From Meiothermus sp. (GTDB lineage: Bacteria > Deinococcota > Deinococci > Deinococcales > Thermaceae): a stretch of DNA of 64,000 nt. This document shows positions 28,620 through 39,232 of this stretch, one piece after another. The translations under genes and the position numbers were made by a program. The stretch is from positions 1 to 64,000 of the forward strand of contig JANRLD010000029.1 of NCBI GenBank assembly GCA_033762915.1, written 5' to 3'. Each line of letters starts with the position of its first letter. Within the stretch, counting starts at the first letter, position 1. The notes below the pieces were generated by a model. That model was not told the origin of the DNA, searched no databases, and was given only the letters and a program-made list of their open reading frames with translations.

Positions 28620-29444
28620 TCAGCGTTGAGTTGGGGTTAACCCCAGTTCGTCCAAAACTTCGTGGTCTTGCAAGCCCAGCCGGATGGCTTCTTGGGCCTC
28701 CTTTCTAGCCTCGTCCGCGCGGCCCAGCTTGAGCAGGGCGCTGGCCAATTGAGCATGATAGAAACTCTCCTCCCGCCGCAGCCGCACCGCTTGTCGGTAG
28801 GCTTTCTCGGCCTCGGCCCACTTCTTCTGTTTGAAGTAGGTGTCGCCCAACCCGTTCCAGCCTTCGTCTAGTTCCGGACGCAACCGCAACACCCGTAGGT
28901 ACTCGGCCTCGGCCTGGAGCCACTTTCCATCCTCGTAGAGTCGGATGGCAGTGGCGATGGGGTCGTTGGTCAGGGTAGATTCGACCACGATTATGACTCC
29001 GTCGCTCGGGGGACGGGTAGTGGTTTGGGCAGGCAGGGTGGGTCTTGTTGTTGGGGTGGGTGGGGTGGGTCTTTGGGTGGGCGGTGGGGTGGTTGGGTTT
29101 GCAGGCCGAGTCGGAGCAGTCGCTGTTGGTCTCGAGGGCCGGGGCGAGGCGGCAGCGGCCCGCTCGAGCTGCTTCTGCTGCTGAACCGACTGTTGGGCCT
29201 GTTGAAACTTGCCCTGAGCCGCCAAGGCATCGGCAAGGTGAGAGCGGTAGGTGGGGTTTCTGGGCTCGAGGCGAACCGCCTCGCGGTACTCGGCTTCGGC
29301 AGCCTTCCAGTTTTGCTGGAGGCTATACTCGAGGCCGCGTTTGAAGTGCGCGGTAGCTGCCGAATTGGGAGCGGAAAAGGCCAGGGTAGTGAGTGCCAAC
29401 AGCAGTAGCCCCATCCAGTGCCAGTGGCTTTGATGTGTGTTCAT
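28620..29444 (-). CDS. secreted TPR-repeat protein with Pro/Thr linker
   Basis: Signal peptide; AEAEYREAVRLEP-type TPR repeats. Confidence 0.85.
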   Translation of the reverse strand: MNTHQSHWHWMGLLLLALTTLAFSAPNSAATAHFKRGLEYSLQQNWKAAEAEYREAVRLEPRNPTYRSHLADALAAQGKFQQAQQSVQQQKQLERAAAASPRPSRPTATAPTRPANPTTPPPTQRPTPPTPTTRPTLPAQTTTRPPSDGVIIVVESTLTNDPIATAIRLYEDGKWLQAEAEYLRVLRLRPELDEGWNGLGDTYFKQKKWAEAEKAYRQAVRLRREESFYHAQLASALLKLGRADEARKEAQEAIRLGLQDHEVLDELGLTPTQR

Positions 29445-29456
29445 AGCTACCCCTCT

Positions 29457-31319
29457 TTACGGATTAAACTTGTACTTATAGATGGCTGGAACCTCTTTGC
29501 TGGCATCTTGCCACCAGGGGCCGCCGTGGGTGGCGGTAATGGTGATGGTGTTATTGGTTCCCTGGGAGGGAAGTATCCTCAACTTAATACTGCCTTTACT
29601 CTGCGGGTAGAATTTGCCGTCGCTGGCGGTTCCTGCAAAGGCTTTGACGGCGGGTTCCACCAGCTCTACCCTCCCCTCCACAACCCAAAAACAACCACTT
29701 GCCAGGTTGGGGGCATCCACGCCGCTCTTGCTGGCGGTGGAAGAACAAGTCAGCTCGAGGATGTCACCAGGCTTCAGGGCGGAGGGGGGGGTGTTCCAAG
29801 AGTGGCTGACATTGGCCTTCCCCACGTAGGGAGGCTTCATTTCCACGGTAAAGCTGAAGGAGGTGGCGCTGACCGAGCCGTAGAACCGGTTGTCGTTTCG
29901 TTCCCCACTGCCGGGCACCTTGCCCAAGACCACCTGGGTTCGCACGAAGGTTCCCCGAACCGGAACCGGTCGGGCGGCAGCGGTCTGGGCGGCGGCGCTG
30001 GCCTCCTTGAGAATTTGATCCCTGAGTGTGTCGAGGTTTTTGATGCGCCGCTTGATGTCGTCCATGAAAGTGCGCACCTCCCCGAAGCAGTCCAGGTCTG
30101 ACAGGTTGATCAAGATCAGCTCGTAGGTGGCTCGAGCGTGCAGGGTCATCCGGCTGAGTTGCTGGTAATAGAGCTGGTCTTTGACCCGGCCTTGTAGGCT
30201 GGTGCGGACTTGGTTGATGCGGGCCTGCTCCTGGTTGAAGCGGTTTTTCTCCCGGTTCAGCAGATTATCCTTGACCTTGATTGCCGTATCGTAATCCCCT
30301 CTAGCCTGCTCGAGTTTCTCCTCGGCCTGAACACTTTTCAGCCGAGTGTTGAGCCAGGGCTCTATTTCTCCGATTATCTCTGATATTTTTATAGCATCAC
30401 TGATGTCCTGGAGTTTTCTTTCTTGCTTTGTTGTATCCGCTTCCAATTTGATTAGTTCTCTTTGCATATGGGATTTCCGACGAACCAGCCTTTCCCCTTC
30501 TTGCGATACCCACCCGAGCTTAATCAAGGCTTCGGTTGCCAGATCCAGTGTAGCCACCGCCTTTATGGCTTCTTGGCGAGTTCGCTCAATAGCTTGGTTC
30601 AAGGCTAATTCAGCCTTCTTTTTTTCCTCAGCGCTTTCGGCCTCATTCAGGGCCAACTGTCTCCGGGCAATCTCCGGGCTCTTGAAATCTTTGAACTTAG
30701 GATCACCCGGTCTCCATTTGGCCACCGCGATATCTCTATTACCTACTAGTTGAGTGATCGTATGTTCGCTGTCAGCGATAAGCTTCATAAACTTCTGGGC
30801 TTCACCTTGCGGCATTGAGAGGTCTTGGTCGACTACCTCGATTTCTTTTTTTAGGTCGGCAAGGAGCCTCTGTAGAGAATTCAGGTACCTCTTATTACTG
30901 TTTATGTATTCCGATGTAAATTCCTCTGTCCTAAGATTCTTCTTTAGGGCCTGCAAGTCGGACTTCAATTCCCTTAGCAGGTTCTGTACCCGCTTTTCTC
31001 GGACAGGTGTGCCCGGTGCTTCCACCAAAATATGTGGTTGGAATTCCGAACGCAAAGAACTAGGCAGCTTGTCCCAATCTGGCTCCACGAGTTTTTTAGA
31101 TGCTTCATCGGCGGCGTCGGCGACGGCCCTGGCTTGATCGTAACCGACCCTACTGGCGCAGGGGTCGGGGGCTCCTTGGGCCAGCACAAGCTGGGCGAAG
31201 AGTAACACCACTGCCAACGATAGGGGCAAACCACACCAACCGGGTTTTGTTCCAAAGCCAAACAACATAAACCCTCCTGAGGCTGCTCTAGACAGCCCAT
31301 AGCACCACGCAACATCCAA
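29457..31319 (-). CDS. hypothetical secreted coiled-coil protein with beta-rich C-terminus
   Basis: 620-aa ORF; hydrophobic N-terminal segment; start uncertain. Confidence 0.7.
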   Translation of the reverse strand: MDVAWCYGLSRAASGGFMLFGFGTKPGWCGLPLSLAVVLLFAQLVLAQGAPDPCASRVGYDQARAVADAADEASKKLVEPDWDKLPSSLRSEFQPHILVEAPGTPVREKRVQNLLRELKSDLQALKKNLRTEEFTSEYINSNKRYLNSLQRLLADLKKEIEVVDQDLSMPQGEAQKFMKLIADSEHTITQLVGNRDIAVAKWRPGDPKFKDFKSPEIARRQLALNEAESAEEKKKAELALNQAIERTRQEAIKAVATLDLATEALIKLGWVSQEGERLVRRKSHMQRELIKLEADTTKQERKLQDISDAIKISEIIGEIEPWLNTRLKSVQAEEKLEQARGDYDTAIKVKDNLLNREKNRFNQEQARINQVRTSLQGRVKDQLYYQQLSRMTLHARATYELILINLSDLDCFGEVRTFMDDIKRRIKNLDTLRDQILKEASAAAQTAAARPVPVRGTFVRTQVVLGKVPGSGERNDNRFYGSVSATSFSFTVEMKPPYVGKANVSHSWNTPPSALKPGDILELTCSSTASKSGVDAPNLASGCFWVVEGRVELVEPAVKAFAGTASDGKFYPQSKGSIKLRILPSQGTNNTITITATHGGPWWQDASKEVPAIYKYKFNP

Positions 31320-31410
31320 TAGCTAAACCCAATTGTACGGCTCGAGCCCGCTTTCAGCTACCGTAACCTCAACCGTTATTGGCACGGTCTATCAAACGTC
31401 TGAAGGAAGT

Positions 31411-31824
31411 TTAGGCTCTATCTTTGACTCGATAGACCAGCCGCAGGCCGCTCCAAACTGCGTCTATCGCGCATACTTTGTTGTCCACCAAGCCGTGGGC
31501 CAATGCCCAGTCACGCACCACGTCCTCGGTGAGGTCGGTGGGGACTTTGCTAGCTTTTTTAGGCCAAGCAATCCAAAGGCCGCCATTGCTTTTGAGAACC
31601 GCTTTCAGGGTGGCGAACTGAGCTTGGTATTCAGCCTGCCGAGTGGTGAAGAAAACCACCACATCTAGGTTTGGCTCGAGCCTCTCTCGCACCTCTACTC
31701 CATCAGGCAACAGCCCCAAAGTCTGCTCAAAACCCTCGGGGGCCTGCACCCAAGCCACGCTGTGATTGGGCTTGATCCCCAGTTTCTGCGGCAACGGAGT
31801 CCCCGAATACCCAGCGGCGCTCAT
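31411..31824 (-). CDS. DUF3052-like protein
   Basis: GYSGTPLPQKLGIK...WIAWPKK...LVDNKVCA. Confidence 0.85.
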   Translation of the reverse strand: MSAAGYSGTPLPQKLGIKPNHSVAWVQAPEGFEQTLGLLPDGVEVRERLEPNLDVVVFFTTRQAEYQAQFATLKAVLKSNGGLWIAWPKKASKVPTDLTEDVVRDWALAHGLVDNKVCAIDAVWSGLRLVYRVKDRA

Positions 31825-31943
31825 GCCTGAACTATATCAAGCCAACTTCAGCTCTGTCTTTTCGTAAGCTCCAAGCCCTAATCCCTGAACCCTTTGTAGC
31901 TACCCGCTACCCGCCACCCGCCACCCGATATAGACTGATCGTC

Positions 31944-33113
31944 ATGAACATCAAAGAAGCCGTAGTTGCCCTGACCCCCAGCATGCTCGAGATGCGCCGT
32001 GACCTGCATCGCCACCCTGAGTTGGGCTTTCAGGAAGTCCGAACCAGCGCCAAGCTGGCCGAGTTTTTGGAGGGGCTGGGCCTCGAGGTGCAGCGCGGGG
32101 TGGCCCAGACCGGCGTGGTGGCCCGACTTAAGGGGCCCAAGCCCGGCAAGACCGTGCTGGTGCGGGCCGACATCGACGCCCTGCCCATCCACGAGGACAG
32201 CGGGGTCGAGTACAGCTCCCAGACCCCCGGCGTGATGCACGCCTGCGGGCACGACGGCCACGCCGCCATCGCGGCCCACGTGGCAGCGGTGTTCGCCAGG
32301 TTCCGTGACCAGATCGAGGGCGAGGTTCGCTTCGCCTTCCAGCCGGCCGAGGAGATTGTGAGCGGGGCCCGGCCGATGGTCGAGGCGGGGGTGCTCGAGG
32401 GGGTGGACAGCGTGGTGGGGCTACACCTCTATAGCATGATGCCTACCGGGATGGTAGGAGTGCGGGTGGGGCCTTCGATGGCCGCCGCCGACGCCTTCAC
32501 GCTGCACCTCAAGGGCAAAGGGGCCCACGCGGCCATGCCGCACGAGGGCGTGGACACGGTACTGATGGCCTCGCAGGTCATCGTGGCGCTGCAAAGCTTG
32601 GTCAGCCGGGAGACCGACCCGATCAACACCTCGGTCATCACCATCGCCACGGTGGTGGCCGGCGAAGGGGCCCACAACATAATTCCCGAGACCGCCACCC
32701 TTAAAGGCACCCTGCGCACCTTCGACGCCAAGCTGCGCGAACGGCTGATCCGGCGCATCGAGGAGCTGACCAAGGGCATCGCTGGCGCGATGGGGGGCAG
32801 CGCCGAGGTGGAGTGGAAGCCGGGCTCCCCGGCGGTAGTCAACGACGCACAGATGGTCGAGCGCTTCCGCAGCGTGGCCTCGAGCGTGGTCGGCGAAAAA
32901 GCGGTGCTCGAGGTGCCCCCGGTGATGGGCGGCGACGACATGTCTGAGTTTCTCAACCGCCGCCCCGGGGTCTACTTCTGGCTGGGTGCGGGCAGTCCCG
33001 AAGCCGACAAGAACCGGGCCCACCACCACCCGGCCTTCTGGATCGACGATGAGCGCTCGCTGCCCCTGGGCACCGAGCTGATCGCTAAAACTGTGGTGGA
33101 TTTCCTGAAATGA
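31944..33113 (+). CDS. M20D amidohydrolase
   Basis: HRHPELGFQE, RADIDALP, MHACGHDGH, FQPAEE. Confidence 0.95.
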   Translation: MNIKEAVVALTPSMLEMRRDLHRHPELGFQEVRTSAKLAEFLEGLGLEVQRGVAQTGVVARLKGPKPGKTVLVRADIDALPIHEDSGVEYSSQTPGVMHACGHDGHAAIAAHVAAVFARFRDQIEGEVRFAFQPAEEIVSGARPMVEAGVLEGVDSVVGLHLYSMMPTGMVGVRVGPSMAAADAFTLHLKGKGAHAAMPHEGVDTVLMASQVIVALQSLVSRETDPINTSVITIATVVAGEGAHNIIPETATLKGTLRTFDAKLRERLIRRIEELTKGIAGAMGGSAEVEWKPGSPAVVNDAQMVERFRSVASSVVGEKAVLEVPPVMGGDDMSEFLNRRPGVYFWLGAGSPEADKNRAHHHPAFWIDDERSLPLGTELIAKTVVDFLK

Positions 33114-33295
33114 CCCTGATGGTTAGGGGGTCTGCGTGGTTGAGCTGTAAGGCGCTGGCGCAATCGCTAGAGTACGCGGACACCTGAACAACCGGTTTGG
33201 AGGGCCGAGGTTAGCGTTCATAAAGAGCTGACCTCGGCCCGAATCTTTGTTGGAACAACTACACATCCGGCCGCCCTCGAGGCGCACACTTAGGC

Positions 33296-33727
33296 ATGAA
33301 AATCCTACTGGTGTTCGCTCTGACCCTGGCTCTGGCGGCGGGCTATGCGCAGCGTCCGACCAATGTACCACTCCAAGACCTCGAGGCCATCCAAACCATT
33401 ATTCGGGCCCAGATCGAGGCCTTCCGGAAGGACGACGGGGCAACGGCATACTCGTTCGCCTCGCCCAGCATCCGGCAAGTCTTCCCCGACTCCAAGGTAT
33501 TTATGGAAATGGTCAAGAGTGGCTATCCGCAGATCTACCGCTCCCTCACCGTGGAGTTCGCTCAGGCCACCCGCAACAGCGCGGACGAAGTGCTGCAGAT
33601 TGTGAACTTGATTGGGCGCGACGGCTCGAGGGCGGTGGCCGCCTACCTGATGCAGCGGCAGCCCGGCGGCGTCTGGAAGATCAACGGGGTACAGATGAAC
33701 GTGGAACCGCGGCCGGGGAACGCGTAA
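33296..33727 (+). CDS. DUF4864-like secreted protein
   Basis: QIEAFRKDD...AYSFASPSI...MVKSGYP...WKINGV. Confidence 0.8.
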   Translation: MKILLVFALTLALAAGYAQRPTNVPLQDLEAIQTIIRAQIEAFRKDDGATAYSFASPSIRQVFPDSKVFMEMVKSGYPQIYRSLTVEFAQATRNSADEVLQIVNLIGRDGSRAVAAYLMQRQPGGVWKINGVQMNVEPRPGNA

Positions 33728-33781
33728 TCGGGTGCGGAGGGCGAGGGTCTAGGGCCAGGAGCCGCACGCTACAGGCAACAG

Positions 33782-34258
33782 TTATAGCCGAAAATAGCCG
33801 ATCAGATGTACTGAGGGCGGCTTGACACCCAAGGCCCGCAAGTGGTTGACCAGTTGGCCCCGGTGGAAGTGGGTGTGGCTGGTCATGTGTAAGATCACTT
33901 CGCTGACGCTGTTGACGGCAGTGCTATTGCTGTAGGTGATGGTGTAGTTGACCTTCAAGTCAAGCGGAACCGTCTCGAGCCAGGCCCTGCGCCGCGCCGC
34001 GATCTCGTCCCAGTCGTCTTTCAGGCGGAGCAGGTTGTCGGGCACGGGGGGAAAAGTCGCCTGGGATTGACCTTCACATCGCATCTGCCAGACCTGCTCC
34101 GACCCCACCATGTGGGCCACAGTGGTTAAGACACTGGGGAAGCTCCCGCCGACCTCTCTTGTGAGCTGCTCGGGGGAAAGCTCCATCAGCGCCCCCCACC
34201 AGTGCCCCCAAATCCACCCGTGCCCGTCCACCAAGCGCAGCAGTTCGGCTCTGTCCAT
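33782..34258 (-). CDS. DinB-family protein
   Basis: FPSVLTTVAHM...HMTSHTHFHRGQ. Confidence 0.88.
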   Translation of the reverse strand: MDRAELLRLVDGHGWIWGHWWGALMELSPEQLTREVGGSFPSVLTTVAHMVGSEQVWQMRCEGQSQATFPPVPDNLLRLKDDWDEIAARRRAWLETVPLDLKVNYTITYSNSTAVNSVSEVILHMTSHTHFHRGQLVNHLRALGVKPPSVHLIGYFRL

Positions 34259-34331
34259 GGCCCCAGGATACCGCGTCCAGGGACTCGAGAGAACGCACCC
34301 CAAATCGTTCTGTTTATGGCATAATGCGTCC

Positions 34332-36464
34332 GTGGACGCGGCGCTTCAAATTCTCCAAACCACATTCGGGTACTCGAGTTTTCGCGGCTCTCAAGCGCAG
34401 ATCATCGAGCAGGTGGCGGGGGGTCGGGACGCGCTGGTGCTGATGCCCACCGGCGGAGGCAAGTCGCTGTGCTACCAGATTCCGGCCATGCTACGGCCCG
34501 GCACTGGCCTGGTGGTCTCGCCGCTGATCGCCCTGATGAAAGACCAAGTGGACGCACTGCTGCAGGTGGGCGTGCGAGCCGCCTTCCTTAATAGCTCGCT
34601 CTCGGCCCCGCAGGCTCGAGAGGTCGAACAGCAGCTGCTGGCGGGCGAACTCGAGCTGCTTTACGTGGCCCCCGAGCGGCTGCTGATGCCAGGAATGCTG
34701 GCCCTCCTGGAGCGCGTCGAGGTCGCCCTGTTCGCCATAGACGAGGCCCACTGCGTCTCGAGGTGGGGCCACGACTTCCGGCCTGAGTATCTGCAGCTGG
34801 GGGTGCTGGCCGAGCGCTTCCCCCAGGTGCCGCGCATCGCCCTCACCGCAACCGCCGACGCCCTGACCCGGCAGGAGATGGTGGCCCAGCTGCGGCTGCA
34901 CAAGGCCAGTCAATTCGTCTCGAGCTTCGACCGCCCCAACATCCGCTACACCGTGGTGCCCAAGCAGAACGCAAAACAGCAGTTCCTGGACTTCTACACC
35001 GACCACCACCAGGGCGACGCGGGGATCGTCTACTGCCTTTCGCGCAAGCGGGTCGAGGAGACGGCGGAGTGGCTGAAAAAACGCGGCATCAGCGCCCTCC
35101 CCTACCACGCGGGGCTGGACGCCCGGACTCGAGAGCGCCACCAGGAGCGCTTCCTGCGTGAGGACGGGCTGGTGATGGTGGCCACCATCGCTTTCGGGAT
35201 GGGGATCGACAAGCCCGACGTGCGCTTCGTGGCCCACCTCGAGCTGCCCAAGAGCCTCGAGGGCTACTACCAGGAGACCGGCCGCGCCGGGCGCGACGGC
35301 CTGCCCGCCGACGCCTTCATGACCTACGGGCTGCAAGACGTGGTGATGCAGCGACAGTTTATCCAAGACTCCAGTGGCAGCCCTGAGTTCAAGCGGCTCG
35401 AGGGCGCCCGACTGGAAAAACTTCTGGGCTACTGCGAATCCACCCAGTGCCGCCGCCAACTGCTACTGGCCTACTTCGGCGAGGCCAGCGGCCCCTGCGG
35501 CAACTGCGACGCCTGCCTGGCCCCCGCCGCCACCTACGACGCCACCGTCCCGGCGCAAAAGCTGCTGTCCACCGTGGTGCGCACCAGAGAGCGCTTCGGG
35601 GCCGGGCATTTGTTGGACATCCTGCTGGGCAAGCTCACCCCCAAAGTGACCCAGAATGGCCACCAGACCCTCTCCACCTTCGGGATCGGCACCGAGCTGG
35701 ACCTGAAGCAGTGGCGCTCGCTGGTACGGCAGATGGTGGCCTCGGGGCACCTCAACTCCGACTCCGAATCCTTTGGGGCCATCAAGCTGACCCCCAAAAG
35801 CGCGGCCATCCTAAAGGGGCAAGAGAGGCTCGAGCTGCGCCAGGACGTGGGCCTGAAACGTGAGCGGCGCAAGAAGCAGGCCGCAGCCGCAACCGGCGGT
35901 GAGGTCTCCGAGCCCTTCTTCGAGGCCCTGCGCGAGCTGAGGGGCCGCCTCGCCAGAGAACAAAACGTCCCCGCCTATGTGATCTTCCACGACTCCACCC
36001 TGCGCGAGATGGCCACGGCCAAGCCCAGGAGCCTCGAGGCGCTGGGTAAGATCAGCGGGGTGGGGCGCACCAAGCTCGAGCGCTTTGGCCGGGAGTTCCT
36101 CGAGGTGATTTTGCGTCACGCGGGCGACGCGCCCGAGCAAAGGCCGCTCACGCCCGACGACTCCGACACCTTCGAGGCCACCCTGGCCCTGATCCTCGAG
36201 GGCCACAGTCCCGACGAAGTGGCCCAGAAGCGCAACCTCAAGCTGAGCACTGTCGAGCAGCATCTGGCCGAACTCATCGCCAGGGGAAAGCTCACCGTGG
36301 AGGAGGTGCTGGGGCTGGGGGTCGACGAACTCGAGGAGATCGAGACCGCCTACACCTCCCTTTCACCCGACGACCAGGGCCGCCTCAGGCCCCTTTTTGA
36401 CAAGCTGGGCGGGCGCTACAGCTACGGCGTGTTGCGCTGTGTTTTGGCGGGGATAGATGGGTAA
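34332..36464 (+). CDS. recQ: DNA helicase RecQ
   Basis: MPTGGGKS, DEAHC, QETGRAGRDG, RQC and HRDC domains; GTG start. Confidence 0.96.
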   Translation: MDAALQILQTTFGYSSFRGSQAQIIEQVAGGRDALVLMPTGGGKSLCYQIPAMLRPGTGLVVSPLIALMKDQVDALLQVGVRAAFLNSSLSAPQAREVEQQLLAGELELLYVAPERLLMPGMLALLERVEVALFAIDEAHCVSRWGHDFRPEYLQLGVLAERFPQVPRIALTATADALTRQEMVAQLRLHKASQFVSSFDRPNIRYTVVPKQNAKQQFLDFYTDHHQGDAGIVYCLSRKRVEETAEWLKKRGISALPYHAGLDARTRERHQERFLREDGLVMVATIAFGMGIDKPDVRFVAHLELPKSLEGYYQETGRAGRDGLPADAFMTYGLQDVVMQRQFIQDSSGSPEFKRLEGARLEKLLGYCESTQCRRQLLLAYFGEASGPCGNCDACLAPAATYDATVPAQKLLSTVVRTRERFGAGHLLDILLGKLTPKVTQNGHQTLSTFGIGTELDLKQWRSLVRQMVASGHLNSDSESFGAIKLTPKSAAILKGQERLELRQDVGLKRERRKKQAAAATGGEVSEPFFEALRELRGRLAREQNVPAYVIFHDSTLREMATAKPRSLEALGKISGVGRTKLERFGREFLEVILRHAGDAPEQRPLTPDDSDTFEATLALILEGHSPDEVAQKRNLKLSTVEQHLAELIARGKLTVEEVLGLGVDELEEIETAYTSLSPDDQGRLRPLFDKLGGRYSYGVLRCVLAGIDG

Positions 36465-36688
36465 GGTTGGCTATTTCCTCGTGTTTTTAGGTCTCGAGGT
36501 ACGGTGGGCACCGCTGCTGTTGTACGGTCTAGCTCGAGAGGTGAAGCAAAGGACGGCCACTCGCCGCATTTCAGCCAACGAATTGCCGTTTTTGTCTGCT
36601 TCCAAGTCGGATGCTGGTGGGCCAACGATTCACAGCCCCATGTAACGGGCAGGGAGTAGAAGACCCTGAAGGTGCGAAGGTTCATGTC

Positions 36689-39232
36689 CTACTTCGCGTC
36701 CAGCCAGTTCTCCCCCACACCGACCCCCACCTCTAAGGGCACCACCATCCCATACACGTCTTGCATTACGGCCTTGGTCAGTTCCGAGACCTGTTCGGCC
36801 TTGGACGCCTCGGCCTCGATTACCAGTTCGTCGTGGACTTGCAAGACCAGATGAGCGTCCAGCTGCTCGAGGTGGGGCTGCAGTGCCACCATGGCCATCT
36901 TCATAAGGTCGGCGGCGGTGCCCTGGACGGGCATGTTGAAGGCCATCCGCTCGGCGGCCTCGCGGACGTTTCGCATCTTGGACTCGAGATCGCTCACGAA
37001 GCGCTTGCGCCCGAAGAGGGTCTCGACGTAGCCCTTGGTGCGGCCCTGCTCAAGGGTCTTTTCAATCCACTCCCGCACCCTGGGGTAGCTGGCAAAGTAG
37101 CGCTCGATGAAGCCCTCGGCCTCCTTGTACTCGATGGCCAGTTCGTTGGATAGGCGGTGGGCGCTCATGCCGTAGAGCACGCCGAAGTTTATGGTTTTCG
37201 CGGCGCGGCGCTGGTCGGGCTTGACCGCCTCGAGGCTTGTCCCAAACATCCAGGCGGCGGTCTGGGAATGGATGTCCTTGTGCCCGCGAAAGACCTCGAT
37301 CAGCTTCTCGTCGCCCGAGAGGTGGGCCAGCACCCGCAGCTCAATCTGGGAATAGTCGGCAGAGATCAACTTGCGGCCTGGGCCGGCGACGAAGCCCCGG
37401 CGAATCTTGCGCCCGGTCTCGGTGCGGACGGGGATATTCTGGAGGTTGGGATCGGAACTCGACAGCCTGCCGGTGGCCGCCACGGTCTGGTTGAAGCGGG
37501 TGTGCAGGCGGCCGGTCTTGGGGTGGATCAGCCGGGGGAGCGGCTCGAGGTAGGTACCCTTAAGCTTGTCGAGCTCGCGGTACTGCATGATTTTCTCGAT
37601 TATCGCATGCTCGCCCTTTAGCTCCTCGAGGGCGCTGACCGCCGTCGAGCGCTTGCCGGTGGTGGTTTTCTTGCCTGAGGCGGCCAGCCCCAGTTCGTCG
37701 TAGAGGACGGTCTCGAGCTGATCCCTCGAGCGCAAGTTAAAGCTATGACCTGCCAGCTGATGCACCTCCGACTCAATGTAAGCCAGGGTACCGGTTAGCT
37801 CCTCGCCCAACTGCTGGAGGTAGGGCACGTCGAGTGCGACGCCCTGGTACTCCATCTTGGCCAGCACCGCCGAAAGCGGCTGCTCGATCTCCTGGTAGAG
37901 CCTACGGAGCTGGGCGTTGTCGCCGATGCGCTCCCACAGCGTATCCCACAGCGTGGCCGCGACCTGGGCACGGGCGGTGGGGCTGTCGGTCCAGTCACCC
38001 ACCCCGTAGCGCCGGGCGGTTGAGGCGGGGTCGGTGTTGGAGGGGTCGTAGACGTAGGCCAGCAGCAGCGGGTCGTCGCCGGGGGTGATCCACTTGCCCT
38101 CTTTGAGCGCCAGCACCGACAGGTCTTTGGCCCCCATCGCGTTCAGGCGGGGGAACCGCTCGAGGTCTTTTAGCAGCCACTGCGACGCATAGACCTTGCC
38201 CTCGGCGTAGGCCCCAAGGCCGGTCAGGCTGGCCCACATCGGCTGGGCGCGGTCGAGCACGTAGCCCACGAAGGCCTCGGCTGATGGGGGCCAGGCGGCC
38301 TCCTGGGCGGCCACGGGTGCAGCCAGGAGGTTGAGTTCTTGCAGGATTGAGCCGAACTCCAGCGCCTCCAGGAGTTCCTTGAGGGCGGTCCGGTCGGCCT
38401 CGCGTCGGTGGAACTGAGCGAAGTCGACTTCCAGCGGCACGTCGGTGTGAATCTGCGAGAGCTTGTGCGAGAGCTGGACGTTGGGGCGAGACTCCTCGAG
38501 GCTGGCGCGCAGCTTGGGCGAGAGCTTGTCGAGGTTGGCGTAGAGCTTCTCGAGGCTGCCCCACTCCGAGAGCAGCTTGGCGGCGGTCTTCTCCCCGATG
38601 CCCTTGGCCCCCGGCAGGTTGTCGGAGGAGTCGCCCACCAGCGAGCGGTAATCCACCCACTGCGCCACCGAGACCCCGTACTTCTCCTGGACCCCCGCCG
38701 GGCTCATCACCCGCCAGTCGGGCAACACCACGCTCACCCGGTCCGAGACCAGCTGAAAAGAGTCGCGGTCGCCGGTCAGGATACGCACGGGGAGCCCCTC
38801 GGCCTCGGCCTTTTTGGCCAGGGTGCCGATCACGTCGTCGGCCTCGAAGCCCTCGACCTCGAGGCGGGTCAGGCCCAGCAGGTCCACCAGCTCCTTTATC
38901 TTGCGAAGCTGCGGCCGAAAGTCTTCGGGAGTGGGCGCACGTCCGGCCTTGTACTCTTCGTAGGCGACATGGCGGAAGGTCTTCACCGGCGGGTCGAACA
39001 GCACCACCACGCAGTCGCCGTCCTCCTTCAAGAGCTTCATGATGGTGCGAAGAAAGCCGAACACGGCCTGGGTGGCCTCGCCTTTGGAGGTCTGAAGCCG
39101 GGACTCACCCCCGTACCCGAAGGCGAAATAGGCCCGGTAGGCCAGGTGGTGCCCGTCGACCAGCCAAACCCTCGAGGGCTTGGGGAGTTCGGCGGGAGGC
39201 TGGGGTTCTTCGAATAGTCCGAGCTGTTGCAC
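36689..39232 (-). CDS. polA: DNA polymerase I
   Basis: VDGHHLAYR 5' nuclease, TGRLSSSDPNLQNIP, DYSQIELR, KTINFGVLYG, QVHDE. Confidence 0.98.
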   Translation of the reverse strand: MQQLGLFEEPQPPAELPKPSRVWLVDGHHLAYRAYFAFGYGGESRLQTSKGEATQAVFGFLRTIMKLLKEDGDCVVVLFDPPVKTFRHVAYEEYKAGRAPTPEDFRPQLRKIKELVDLLGLTRLEVEGFEADDVIGTLAKKAEAEGLPVRILTGDRDSFQLVSDRVSVVLPDWRVMSPAGVQEKYGVSVAQWVDYRSLVGDSSDNLPGAKGIGEKTAAKLLSEWGSLEKLYANLDKLSPKLRASLEESRPNVQLSHKLSQIHTDVPLEVDFAQFHRREADRTALKELLEALEFGSILQELNLLAAPVAAQEAAWPPSAEAFVGYVLDRAQPMWASLTGLGAYAEGKVYASQWLLKDLERFPRLNAMGAKDLSVLALKEGKWITPGDDPLLLAYVYDPSNTDPASTARRYGVGDWTDSPTARAQVAATLWDTLWERIGDNAQLRRLYQEIEQPLSAVLAKMEYQGVALDVPYLQQLGEELTGTLAYIESEVHQLAGHSFNLRSRDQLETVLYDELGLAASGKKTTTGKRSTAVSALEELKGEHAIIEKIMQYRELDKLKGTYLEPLPRLIHPKTGRLHTRFNQTVAATGRLSSSDPNLQNIPVRTETGRKIRRGFVAGPGRKLISADYSQIELRVLAHLSGDEKLIEVFRGHKDIHSQTAAWMFGTSLEAVKPDQRRAAKTINFGVLYGMSAHRLSNELAIEYKEAEGFIERYFASYPRVREWIEKTLEQGRTKGYVETLFGRKRFVSDLESKMRNVREAAERMAFNMPVQGTAADLMKMAMVALQPHLEQLDAHLVLQVHDELVIEAEASKAEQVSELTKAVMQDVYGMVVPLEVGVGVGENWLDAK

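Noticed and set aside
36568..36580. Single ATTTCAGCCAACG matching the arm site
   Set aside because: One copy only, with no att core or integrase nearby; treated as coincidence.
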